A DNA stretch of 64,000 nt from contig OY969474.1 of NCBI GenBank assembly GCA_963700145.1, positions 2,080,001 to 2,144,000 on the forward strand. Reading direction: 5' to 3'. Source of the DNA: an uncultured Acidobacteriota bacterium (lineage in GTDB: Bacteria > Acidobacteriota > Thermoanaerobaculia > Multivoradales > UBA5704). The notes under the pieces are model-generated. The model was not told the origin of the DNA. It did not search any database and saw only the letters and a list, made by a program, of their open reading frames with translations. The position numbers were made by a program, and so were the translations under genes. Each line of letters begins with the position of its first letter. The first letter of the stretch is position 1. Of this stretch, positions 56,100-64,000 are shown piece by piece.

Positions 56100-57296
56100 A
56101 TGAAACGAACCCGAGTCTGGCTGTGCGCGGCGGTCTTGCTGGTGGGCTGGACGATCACGCTGCCGGGAGCCGCGCGGGGGGACGGCGCGCTCCTGATCGA
56201 CGACTTCGAGGACCGCGACCTGGAGGCGGCGCCGGGCGTGTCGTGGATCGTCATCGGCGACGAGCTGATGGGCGGCGAGAGCACCGGCCGGCTCGAGATC
56301 GTCGCCGGCGGCGGCAGCCGCGGCGCGCTCGCCTTCGCCGGCGAGCTGGTGCCGGGCGCGCGCGGCGCCTTCACCGGCGCCTGGACGGCGATCGGGGCGG
56401 CGGGGGCGCCGCGCGACCTCACCGGGTACACCGGCCTGCGCTTCCGGACGCGCGGCACTCCCGGCCGCTACACGGCCGGCGTGCGCGGCGCGGGCAGTCT
56501 GGGCAACTTCATGGCACCGTTCGAGGTCGGCGCCGAGTGGCGGGAGGTCGAGCTGCCGTTCGCCGACCTGCGGCCCCTGCCGCCGCCGCCGCAGGAGGTC
56601 GCGTGGAGTGCCGCCGCCCTCGCCTGGATCGGCGTCTCGGCGGCCGCCGCGCCGGGCGCCCCGAGCGGCTTCCGGATCGAGCTTGACGACGTCGCCTTCG
56701 TGCCGGCCGCGGTGCCCACCCCCATGGTCGCGAAGACCGCGCTCGCGGACGCCGGGCCGCTCGCGGCCCTCGCCTGGCGCCCGCTGGTCTCCGATCCGGC
56801 CGGCGACGGCACCGCGCCGCGCCTGCCCGACGCGGCGGCGCTCGCCTGGGCGGCCGACGCCGAGGGCCGGGTGTGGTTCCGCCTCGGCCTCCACGGCCCG
56901 CCGCCGGAGAAGTGGCTGGGCCTCAACGTGGCCCTCGACGTGGACGGCGATCCCACGAACGGCACCGCCTGGTGGGGCGCCAACAAGGCCTTCCACTTCG
57001 ATCGGCTGGTCACCGCCTACCTCTGGCCCGGCGCCGGCTACTGGCAGGGCATGCTGGGCGTGGCGGACGCCGAGGCCGTCGGGCGCATGGTCATGGACGA
57101 CGTCAGCCGGGACGTGCGGGTGGCGGTCGACCGCGACGGGCAGGCCCTCTTGGTGGGCGTGCCGGCCGCCGCCCTCGCCGGCGGCCGCACGACGCGGCTG
57201 ATCGCCACCGTCGGCTCGCCGATGACCTGGAACGACGACCTGCCGGACAGCGGCGCGGCCGAAGCGGATCTGCCGGCCGGCCCCGGCGGCCGCTGA
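56100..57296 (+). CDS. Secreted CIA30/CBM11-like domain protein with a second beta domain
   Basis: Signal peptide, IDDFED, D..MGGES.G, DL.GY.G..F, W.EVELPF.DL. Confidence 0.8.
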   Translation: MKRTRVWLCAAVLLVGWTITLPGAARGDGALLIDDFEDRDLEAAPGVSWIVIGDELMGGESTGRLEIVAGGGSRGALAFAGELVPGARGAFTGAWTAIGAAGAPRDLTGYTGLRFRTRGTPGRYTAGVRGAGSLGNFMAPFEVGAEWREVELPFADLRPLPPPPQEVAWSAAALAWIGVSAAAAPGAPSGFRIELDDVAFVPAAVPTPMVAKTALADAGPLAALAWRPLVSDPAGDGTAPRLPDAAALAWAADAEGRVWFRLGLHGPPPEKWLGLNVALDVDGDPTNGTAWWGANKAFHFDRLVTAYLWPGAGYWQGMLGVADAEAVGRMVMDDVSRDVRVAVDRDGQALLVGVPAAALAGGRTTRLIATVGSPMTWNDDLPDSGAAEADLPAGPGGR

Positions 57297-57347
57297 CGGC
57301 AAGCGGCGCGGCCGCCGGCGGATCGGCGGGATATCGTCGCCACGACG

Positions 57348-58517
57348 ATGGAGCGGCCCGCCGGCGGCCCGACCCCGCGCCTGGATCAGAGCCCGGCGCG
57401 AAAGCACCTTGCCTGGCTCTATCCCCTGGCCTGGCTGCCGTACCTGGCGCTCTACTGCGTGGCGCTGGGCTACGGCCTGGCGCTCGATCCCGCCCTCGCC
57501 CTCCTCGCCGCCGCCGCCAACGTGCTGCCGCCGGCCCTGCTCGGGGTGGCGGTCCTGCGGCTCTGCGCGCGGCTGCCGTGGGACCCGCGCCCGAGGCGCG
57601 AAGGCTTTCGCGCCGGGCTCGGTCGGCGGCGCTTCTTCGCCGTCCACGCCGGGCTCGCCCTCCTCTACGCCGGCCTCTCGGTGGCCGGCACGTGGGGCCT
57701 CTTCCAGATCGCCGACCGGGTGCGCAAGGGCACTTGGTCGGGCGGTTCCTACGACGTGCGGGTGGCCGCCTGGCAGTTCTTCATCGGCCTCCTCCTCTAC
57801 GCGCTCCTCGCCAGCCTGGCCTACGCCGCCGCGCTGGTCGTCCGCCTGCGCGACGAGGAGGCGCGGCTGGCGCGGCTCGCCGAGCTCCAGACCCGCGCCG
57901 AGCTCAAGGCGCTGCGCGCCCGGCTCGACCCGCACTTCCTGTTCAATACGCTGCACAGCCTGCTCGCCCTGGTGCGCCGCGACCCGCGCGCCGCCGAGGA
58001 GGCGCTGGAGCGCTTCGGCAGTCTCCTGCACTACGTGCTGCGCGGGCAGGAGGAGGGCGAGGAGGTCCGCCTGGTGGAGGAGTGGAGCTTCGTGCGCGAC
58101 TACCTGGAGATCGAGGCCCTGCGGCTGGGCGAGCGGCTGCGTGTCGAGGCGGCGGTCGACGCCGACGCCGGCGCCTGCCTGGTGCCGGCCTTCACGCTCC
58201 AGCCGCTGGTCGAGAACGCGATCCGCCACGGCATCGCCACCCGCGCCGGCGGCGGGCGCCTCTCGGTGCGCGCTTCGGTCGCCGGCGGGCTCCTGCACGT
58301 CGAGGTGGCCGACGACGGCCCCGGCGCCGAGCCGGACGAGGTGAGCGACGGCGGCCACGGCCTCGCCCTGGTCCGCGACCGCCTGCGCGCCGCCCACGGG
58401 GCGCGCGGCGAGCTGGCGGTGGAGACCGCGCCGGGGGCGGGCTTCGTCGTGCGGCTGCGGCTGCCGGCCGTGCCGTCTACGGCACTGGAGCTACCGGCGC
58501 CGGAGGCCGAGGCGTGA
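57348..58517 (+). CDS. LytS/YehU family sensor histidine kinase
   Basis: TM segments, PHFLFNTL, QPLVENAIRHG, V.DDG.G. Confidence 0.94.
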   Translation: MERPAGGPTPRLDQSPARKHLAWLYPLAWLPYLALYCVALGYGLALDPALALLAAAANVLPPALLGVAVLRLCARLPWDPRPRREGFRAGLGRRRFFAVHAGLALLYAGLSVAGTWGLFQIADRVRKGTWSGGSYDVRVAAWQFFIGLLLYALLASLAYAAALVVRLRDEEARLARLAELQTRAELKALRARLDPHFLFNTLHSLLALVRRDPRAAEEALERFGSLLHYVLRGQEEGEEVRLVEEWSFVRDYLEIEALRLGERLRVEAAVDADAGACLVPAFTLQPLVENAIRHGIATRAGGGRLSVRASVAGGLLHVEVADDGPGAEPDEVSDGGHGLALVRDRLRAAHGARGELAVETAPGAGFVVRLRLPAVPSTALELPAPEAEA

Positions 58518-59248
58518 GGGTGCTGGTCGTCGAAGACGAGGTGCTCGCGCGCCGCGAGCTGCGGCGGCTGCTCGAGGAGGCGGGCGGCCTGGAAGTGGTG
58601 GGCGAGGCGGCCGACGGCCGCAGCGCGGTCGAGCAGATCGACGCGCTGCGCCCCGAGGTCGTCTTCCTCGACGTCCGCCTGCCGGAGCTCTCGGGCCTGG
58701 AAGTGCTGGAGCGCGTCACGCATCGCCCGGCGGTCGTCTTCACCACCGCCTACGACCGCTACGCCGCGGCCGCCTTCGAGGTCGAGGCGGTGGACTACCT
58801 GGTCAAGCCGTTCGGCCGCGCGCGCCTGGAGGCGACGCTGGAGCGGGTGCGCCGCCGCCTCGCCAGCGGCGCCCCGGCGGCGCCGAGCGCCGCCCTGCGC
58901 GAGGGCATGGGCGCCTGGCCGCTGCGCCGCCTCTTCGCGCGGCGCGGGGACCGCATCGTGCCCCTGCCGGTCGAGCGCATCGACCGCATCGAGGGGGCCG
59001 ACGACTACGCCGTCGTCTGCTGCGCCGGCGAGCGCCACTTGGTGGCGCTGCGCATCCGCGACCTCGAAGAGCGCCTGGACCCCGAGCGCTTCGTGCGCAT
59101 CCACCGCTCGCACATCGTCAACCTCGACCGCGTCGCGGCGCTGCAGCCCTTCGACGAGCACCGCCTGGCGGTGCGCCTGACCAGCGGCGAGACCCTCGTC
59201 GCCAGCCGCGCCGGCTCGGCCCGCCTGCGCCGGCGGATGAGCGGGTGA
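58514..59248 (+). CDS. LytTR family response regulator
   Basis: VEDE, FLDV, TTAYD, DYLVKP, FVRIHRS.IVN. Confidence 0.95.
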   Translation: MRVLVVEDEVLARRELRRLLEEAGGLEVVGEAADGRSAVEQIDALRPEVVFLDVRLPELSGLEVLERVTHRPAVVFTTAYDRYAAAAFEVEAVDYLVKPFGRARLEATLERVRRRLASGAPAAPSAALREGMGAWPLRRLFARRGDRIVPLPVERIDRIEGADDYAVVCCAGERHLVALRIRDLEERLDPERFVRIHRSHIVNLDRVAALQPFDEHRLAVRLTSGETLVASRAGSARLRRRMSG

Positions 59249-59287
59249 GCACGCGCACCGACGTCTCCGTGCTAGCATTCTGCAGTC

Positions 59288-59515
59288 ATGGCGACTCTCA
59301 CGATCCGCAACCTCCCGTCTGAGACCGTCAGCTCGCTCAAGGAGCTCGCCCGCCGTAACCATCGCTCGATGGAGCAGGAGGTCCGCGAGATCCTCGAGCT
59401 CCACGTCGGCGACCGCCTATCGGCGATCGAGCAGATCGAGCGGGCCTGGGCGGAGCAGAGTCGGACACCCTCGGCCGAGGAGATCGAGTCCTGGATCCAG
59501 GAAGGGCGCCGCTGA
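59288..59515 (+). CDS. FitA/Arc-like RHH antitoxin
   Basis: MATLTIRNL...LK..A....RSMEQEVR.IL. Confidence 0.9.
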   Translation: MATLTIRNLPSETVSSLKELARRNHRSMEQEVREILELHVGDRLSAIEQIERAWAEQSRTPSAEEIESWIQEGRR

Positions 59516-59928
59516 GAGCGGTCGTCGACACGAACGTCGTCGCCTACTTCCTGCTCGGCACGGAGCCCTTCAAGGAGGAATGCGACGCCTTCTGGCGCGC
59601 TGTCGAGGAGCCGCTGGCCCCGGCTTCCTGGGAGGCCGAGCTGACGAACGTGCTCTGGATGGCGGCGAAAGCCCGGGTCGTCGATCTCCCGGGAGCGGTC
59701 AGGCGCCTCGACCTCGCCCGGTCGCTCGGCGTCTTGTCCGTCCCGGTCCCGAGCCTCTGGCACGGTGCCCTCCTGCGCGCGCACGGTTCCGGTATCGCGG
59801 CCTACGACACTCTCTTCGTCGAGCTCGCGGAGCGCGAAGCCCTACCGCTAGCGACGTTCGACGACGCGGTTCTGCGCGCTTTTCCTGCGGTTGCGAATCG
59901 TCCCCGGAGCCTCCTGCAGACCGGCTAG
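59512..59928 (+). CDS. vapC: VapC PIN toxin, probable CTG start
   Basis: CTG AGA GCG GTC GTC GAC ACG AAC gives AVVDTNV; E..NVLW, AYDTLFV.LA, LATFD. Confidence 0.87.
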   Translation: MRAVVDTNVVAYFLLGTEPFKEECDAFWRAVEEPLAPASWEAELTNVLWMAAKARVVDLPGAVRRLDLARSLGVLSVPVPSLWHGALLRAHGSGIAAYDTLFVELAEREALPLATFDDAVLRAFPAVANRPRSLLQTG

Positions 59929-59941
59929 GGACACCTGGCCT

Positions 59942-60051
59942 GCTCAGCCGTTGTCCACCAGCCATGACGATGCGGTCCTGGGCTTGGCGGGCGTCGGCGG
60001 CGCTGCGGGCCTGGTTACAGAGGATCGAGAAGGTCGAGACCTTGCCGGAGA
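59942..60051 (-). repeat. Degenerate duplicate of the dacB 3' end (att-like scar)
   Basis: Direct repeat of 61565-61676 with a 2-nt deletion and about six substitutions. Confidence 0.92.
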
Positions 60052-60128
60052 TGGCCTCCAGACGGACGGCGTCGAACATCACTCGACGAAGCGAAGCTCT
60101 CCACCGCGAGGAGCGGCTGGCATCCTCT

Positions 60129-60770
60129 TCAGTTGCTAGCCTCCGCAGTCGCCGCAACCTTATTCCTGTGGATGGCATGAAGCAGCGCAGAAAGACCCCC
60201 TGTATAATCTGAGCGGAAGTCTGCGTACACGCGATCCGATAGCTCCGCTGGAGGATGATCACCTTTGTAGAGAGCGGGGAGGATAAGCGGGCGGCCGCGG
60301 CGCTTTTCCTCTAGGAGCGCCATCTTCAACTCCGTCTGAAACCACTTTGATCCGATAGCTTCTGGTGACAGGACAGCCACAATCCACTGGCTCGCGTCCA
60401 TTGCCTCCTCGAGTTTAGCAGAGAGTCTATCGCCTACGGTAATCTCACGCTCGTCAAACCAGACTGGGATATCACGTCTCTCTAGATCTGTTACGAGCTG
60501 CCGAGCGAACTCTCGATCAGCCGCTCCGTAGGTCAAAAACACTCTAGGATGTTTCTGGAGTTGACGAGTAATCATTTCCAGGCGATTCAAACTCTTGTCT
60601 ATGTTATTCGGACTGAGTTCCACCTTCATCGGGCCAATTTCAACTGTGTACTTTCCTCTTCGCAATTTGAACCAGTAATCTAGAGCGGACATGAGTATGC
60701 CTGCGAGAGCCGCTCCCGCAAGAGCAAGGGCAACTGCTGTGAATATTTCCGCCATGTATTTAGCCTTCAA
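60129..60770 (-). CDS. Membrane-anchored TIR domain protein (low GC)
   Basis: N-terminal TM helix; VFLTY...D.EFA..L...L....I.VWFD..EI.VGD...VLSP....SKW...EL. Confidence 0.9.
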   Translation of the reverse strand: MKAKYMAEIFTAVALALAGAALAGILMSALDYWFKLRRGKYTVEIGPMKVELSPNNIDKSLNRLEMITRQLQKHPRVFLTYGAADREFARQLVTDLERRDIPVWFDEREITVGDRLSAKLEEAMDASQWIVAVLSPEAIGSKWFQTELKMALLEEKRRGRPLILPALYKGDHPPAELSDRVYADFRSDYTGGLSALLHAIHRNKVAATAEASN

Positions 60771-61336
60771 AGGACGTTGGCAACTACAAGGAAGCTCGAA
60801 AGCAAGACCAAGAAGCCCAGGCTATTACCGAGTACCATCCACATGTTCTGACCTAGCCATCCTCTCTGGAACAAGTCGGCCAGCTTAGACGCCTCTACAC
60901 TTTCAATCCGGTCCCCATGGAAGTGCTTGAGAATGATTGAGAGGAAAAGCAGGACGAGATGTACGAATAGCAGCGCCAGCCAAATACCAATGGCCCGATC
61001 TGTAGCTTGTGTATTCCAGCGCTGGAAAAACGGAAAGAGTGAGTGGTTTGCCATCCACAGCCCAAGTATCGCAAGGTCGAGACCTATCGCTACAGCCGCC
61101 AGATCAGCGCCCCATGCCAAGCTCGCCACTTGACGTGCGCGAATCCGAAGCAGTTCGTCTTTCACGCGTCCCATTGGATCGCCTGTCGCTGCTGCTGTTT
61201 CGACCGCTCTCCGAATGCTGGCGACTCCTCGCGTCAGCAAGATAAGCCTACCTGCGATCCAATCTGCAAGGATTGTCGCCAGGGTTATCAGGAGTGTCCA
61301 GAGGATGCTGATCCAGAAGTCAAACATGGTATTCAC
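60767..61336 (-). CDS. Four-TM membrane protein of unknown function (low GC)
   Basis: Four hydrophobic helices; TTGA overlap with the TIR gene; TACTCT -10 box 7 nt upstream. Confidence 0.8.
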   Translation of the reverse strand: MNTMFDFWISILWTLLITLATILADWIAGRLILLTRGVASIRRAVETAAATGDPMGRVKDELLRIRARQVASLAWGADLAAVAIGLDLAILGLWMANHSLFPFFQRWNTQATDRAIGIWLALLFVHLVLLFLSIILKHFHGDRIESVEASKLADLFQRGWLGQNMWMVLGNSLGFLVLLSSFLVVANVL

Positions 61337-61566
61337 AAATGCCAGAGTAACGCAGGTAGCAGCTGTCGGTAGGCCGGCTGGAGCCTCTCTACGCCAGGGA
61401 ACTTCCTAGGCCTGTTCGATGCGCGGCACTTTGTCGAGGAGTTCGCCCGCATGGCAAGCGTTGGAGAAGGCATTGGTCTGACTCTTAAGCCAGAGTCAAA
61501 GTATACACCGAGATCTCCTCAAGAGGCTATTAGAGCTTCGGCGATAGGCCGACGTTTTTGCGCCGC

Positions 61567-63033
61567 TCAGCCGTTGTCCACCAGCGCCATGACGATGCGG
61601 TCCTGGGACTGGCGGGCGTCGGCGGCGCTGCGGGCCTGGTTGCAGAGGATCGAGAAGGCGTAGACCTTGCCGGAGACCGCCTTGGCGTAGCCGGAGAGGG
61701 TGGAGACTCCGTCGAGGGTGCCGGTCTTGGCGTAGACGTTGCCGGCGTAGGGCGCCTCGGCGAGGCGCTTCTTCCACGAGCCGTTGTCCTCGCCGCCGTA
61801 GGGCATGGACTGGACGAACTCCGTCCCCGCCGGGTGGAAGTACATATGGCGCAGCAGCGTCGTGAGCTGGCGCGGGCTGAAGCGGTTCTCGCGGCTCATG
61901 CCCGAGCCGTCGCTCATCACGAAGCCGGCGCCCGGCGCCACGCCGATCGACGCCAGCCACTCCTCCACCGCCTTGACCCCGGCCTGCCAGCTCCCCTCGC
62001 CGCAGCGCTCGGCGGCGAGCAGCTTGAGCAGGCTCTCGGCGTAGAAGTTCTGGCTCCGCTTGTTGGTGACGCGGATCGCCTCGACGAGGTCGCTGCGGTG
62101 GACCGCCACCCGCTCCCAGAGCGGCCCCGGCAGGCGCTCGACCGGCACCAGTCGCCCGCGCAGCTCCACCCCCTCGCGCGACAGCGCGTCGCGCAGCCCG
62201 GCGCCGAACCAGGCCACCGGGTCCGGCACCGTCACCCAGGTCTCGACCGGCCCCGAGCCGTACCAGATCCGCCCGCCGACCTCGATGACGCCGCCCTGGC
62301 GGTCGATGTGCACGAACTGGCCGCGCGCCGAGGGCGTCGTGCGCGCCGTGTTCTCGATCGGCAGGAGCGGCGCGGGCGGCACCAGCTCGACGCGCGGCGG
62401 CCCGCCCAGCGTCCCCGGCCAGACCCGCACCAGGACGCAGTTGTCGCTGAACGAGAGCCCGTCGACCGGCGCCTCGTACCAGCGGGTGAGCTGGTCGCGC
62501 GGCCAGTCGGGGTGGACGGCGAGGCCGTCGAAGAGGCCGTGGTCGAGGAGCAGGTCGCCCTCGACCCGCGCCACGCCGCGCTCGCGCAGCGCCGCCGCCC
62601 ACTGGCGGAAGACGGCGTAGGGGTCGCCCTCGAAGCTGCGCCCCGAGATCTGCGGGTCGCCGCCGCCGACGACGCCGAGGTCGCCGCGCAGCACGCCGTC
62701 GGCGACCGTGCCGCGCAGCAGCAGGCGGGTCTCGAAGAGGTAGCCGGGGCCGAGGGCGTCGAGGACGGCGGCGGTGGTGAGGAGCTTGGTGTTGGAGGCC
62801 AGGATGCGCGGCTCGTCGGCGGCCCAGGCGTAGACGGTCTCGCCGCTGTCGAGCTCGACGACGTGGACGCCCAGGGCTGGTGCGGTGCCGCGGGCGGCGC
62901 GGACCTGGCCGTCGAGAGCGGCGGTGAGGCGGGGGGCGAGAGGGGTATCGGATGTCGGAGCCGCCGCGGCCGCGGCCACGGCGAGCAGAGGCGGCAGGAG
63001 CGCCAGCCGCCAGCTTTTCCTCCGGTGCGTCAC
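61567..63033 (-). CDS. dacB: D-Ala-D-Ala carboxypeptidase/endopeptidase PBP4 (S13)
   Basis: SNTK (SxxK), SQN (SxN), KTG, DGSGMSR. Confidence 0.95.
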   Translation of the reverse strand: MTHRRKSWRLALLPPLLAVAAAAAAPTSDTPLAPRLTAALDGQVRAARGTAPALGVHVVELDSGETVYAWAADEPRILASNTKLLTTAAVLDALGPGYLFETRLLLRGTVADGVLRGDLGVVGGGDPQISGRSFEGDPYAVFRQWAAALRERGVARVEGDLLLDHGLFDGLAVHPDWPRDQLTRWYEAPVDGLSFSDNCVLVRVWPGTLGGPPRVELVPPAPLLPIENTARTTPSARGQFVHIDRQGGVIEVGGRIWYGSGPVETWVTVPDPVAWFGAGLRDALSREGVELRGRLVPVERLPGPLWERVAVHRSDLVEAIRVTNKRSQNFYAESLLKLLAAERCGEGSWQAGVKAVEEWLASIGVAPGAGFVMSDGSGMSRENRFSPRQLTTLLRHMYFHPAGTEFVQSMPYGGEDNGSWKKRLAEAPYAGNVYAKTGTLDGVSTLSGYAKAVSGKVYAFSILCNQARSAADARQSQDRIVMALVDNG

Positions 63034-64000
63034 TTCGTCAGGTGCTCCTCGAACCAGCGCACGATCGCAACGTTGGCGCGCATCCGGTTCGGGAGCTTGC
63101 GAAACCCGTGCCCCTCGTCGGGGAAGAGGACGTACTCGACCGGCACCCCGCGGCCCTTCAGGCTCGCCACCACCTGCTCGGCCTCGACCACCGGGACGTT
63201 GGTGTCGTTGGCGCCGTGGAGGACGATCGTCGGCGCCTTCACCCGGTCCACCTGGTGGATCGGCGAGAGGTCGCGCAGCATGGCGCGCTGCGTCGCGGGG
63301 TCGCCGTACTCGACGGTCGAGATCGCCGCCATCCACCCCTCGGTGTGCTGGAAGAAGGTCTCGAAGTTGACCACCCCGAAGAGGTTGGCGCCGGCGGCGA
63401 AGAGGTCGGGGTAGGCGGTCAGGCCGGCCATCGTCATGTAGCCGCCGTAAGAGCCGCCCATGATGCCGAGCTTGCCGGGCGCCGCCGCGCCGCTCCCGAC
63501 CAGCCAGTCGGCGGCGGCCCGGATGTCCTCGACCGCCCCCGTCCGCAGCGGCCCATTGTCCAGGTTGACGAAGCGCTTGCCGAAGCCGAAGGAGCCGCGC
63601 ACGTTGGGCGCGAAGACGCCGATGCCGCGCGCCAGCAGGGCCTGGTAGTCGGCGCGGAACGACGGGCGCTCCTGCGCCTCGGGGCCGCCGTGGAAGGAGA
63701 GGACGTAGGGGCGCGGGCCGGCGGCGCCGGGCGGGCGGTAGAGCCAGCCCGAGAGCTCGAGGCCGTCCTTGGCCGGGAACCGCACCAGCTCCGGGCGCAC
63801 CAGGGCGTCGAGGTCGACACCAGCGTGCGGGCTGAAGGTGACCTGGGTCAGGCGGCCGCTGACGCGCTCCAGCACCCAGACGTCGGACGGGCGGGTCGAG
63901 CCCGAGAGGTTGAAGGCGAGGAGCTTGCCGTCGCGCGAGAAGGTGAGGCCGCCGGCGATGTCGGCCGGCAGCGCCGGGCCGGGGGTGACGCGGCCGCTCG
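63030..64000 (-). CDS. S9 prolyl oligopeptidase family peptidase (5' end outside window)
   Basis: HGGPE, PNVRGS, GGSYGG, HGAND, DEGHGF. Confidence 0.93.
   Translation of the reverse strand, partial: SGRVTPGPALPADIAGGLTFSRDGKLLAFNLSGSTRPSDVWVLERVSGRLTQVTFSPHAGVDLDALVRPELVRFPAKDGLELSGWLYRPPGAAGPRPYVLSFHGGPEAQERPSFRADYQALLARGIGVFAPNVRGSFGFGKRFVNLDNGPLRTGAVEDIRAAADWLVGSGAAAPGKLGIMGGSYGGYMTMAGLTAYPDLFAAGANLFGVVNFETFFQHTEGWMAAISTVEYGDPATQRAMLRDLSPIHQVDRVKAPTIVLHGANDTNVPVVEAEQVVASLKGRGVPVEYVLFPDEGHGFRKLPNRMRANVAIVRWFEEHLTK

Noticed and set aside
59699-60262. 187-aa minus-strand ORF with dacB-like residues
   Set aside because: Read-through of the degenerate dacB duplicate, overlapping vapC and the TIR gene.

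Overview
Core chromosomal window from a very GC-rich bacterium. Gene content and protein families suggest Acidobacteriota, probably Thermoanaerobaculia (inference). Housekeeping blocks: rplM-rpsI-rpsB-tsf-pyrH-frr-rlmB followed by tRNA Thr/Tyr/Gly; ubiE-folD-coaE-rdgB; arcA-arcC; purB; ddl/serA; fmt-rsmB and HU; tRNA Val/Asp-rpmG-sod; tRNA Met-tilS-hpt-ftsH-folP-cdaA-cdaR-glmM; dacB. Three small accessory islets sit among them. (1) About 27.5-31.9 kb: a TIR-NB-ARC-TPR NLR-like gene, a small ORF plus nucleotidyltransferase, and a coiled-coil/wHTH gene, bordered by 21-bp periodic repeats. (2) 51.55-52.84 kb: an exactly 20-bp-period array of palindromic units running into an uncharacterised coiled-coil gene, then vapBC. 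(3) 59.9-61.7 kb: a low-GC cassette encoding a 4-TM protein and a membrane-anchored TIR protein, flanked by a duplicated dacB 3' end. The best candidates for undescribed systems are the 20-bp array with its coiled-coil gene and the 4TM/TM-TIR cassette. Other observations: an HPRT pseudoenzyme, a bridging mini-ORF in the cdaA-cdaR junction, tRNA-linked repeats, CTG or missing start codons, and many apparently leaderless genes. All calls come from reading the sequence; no searches were run.
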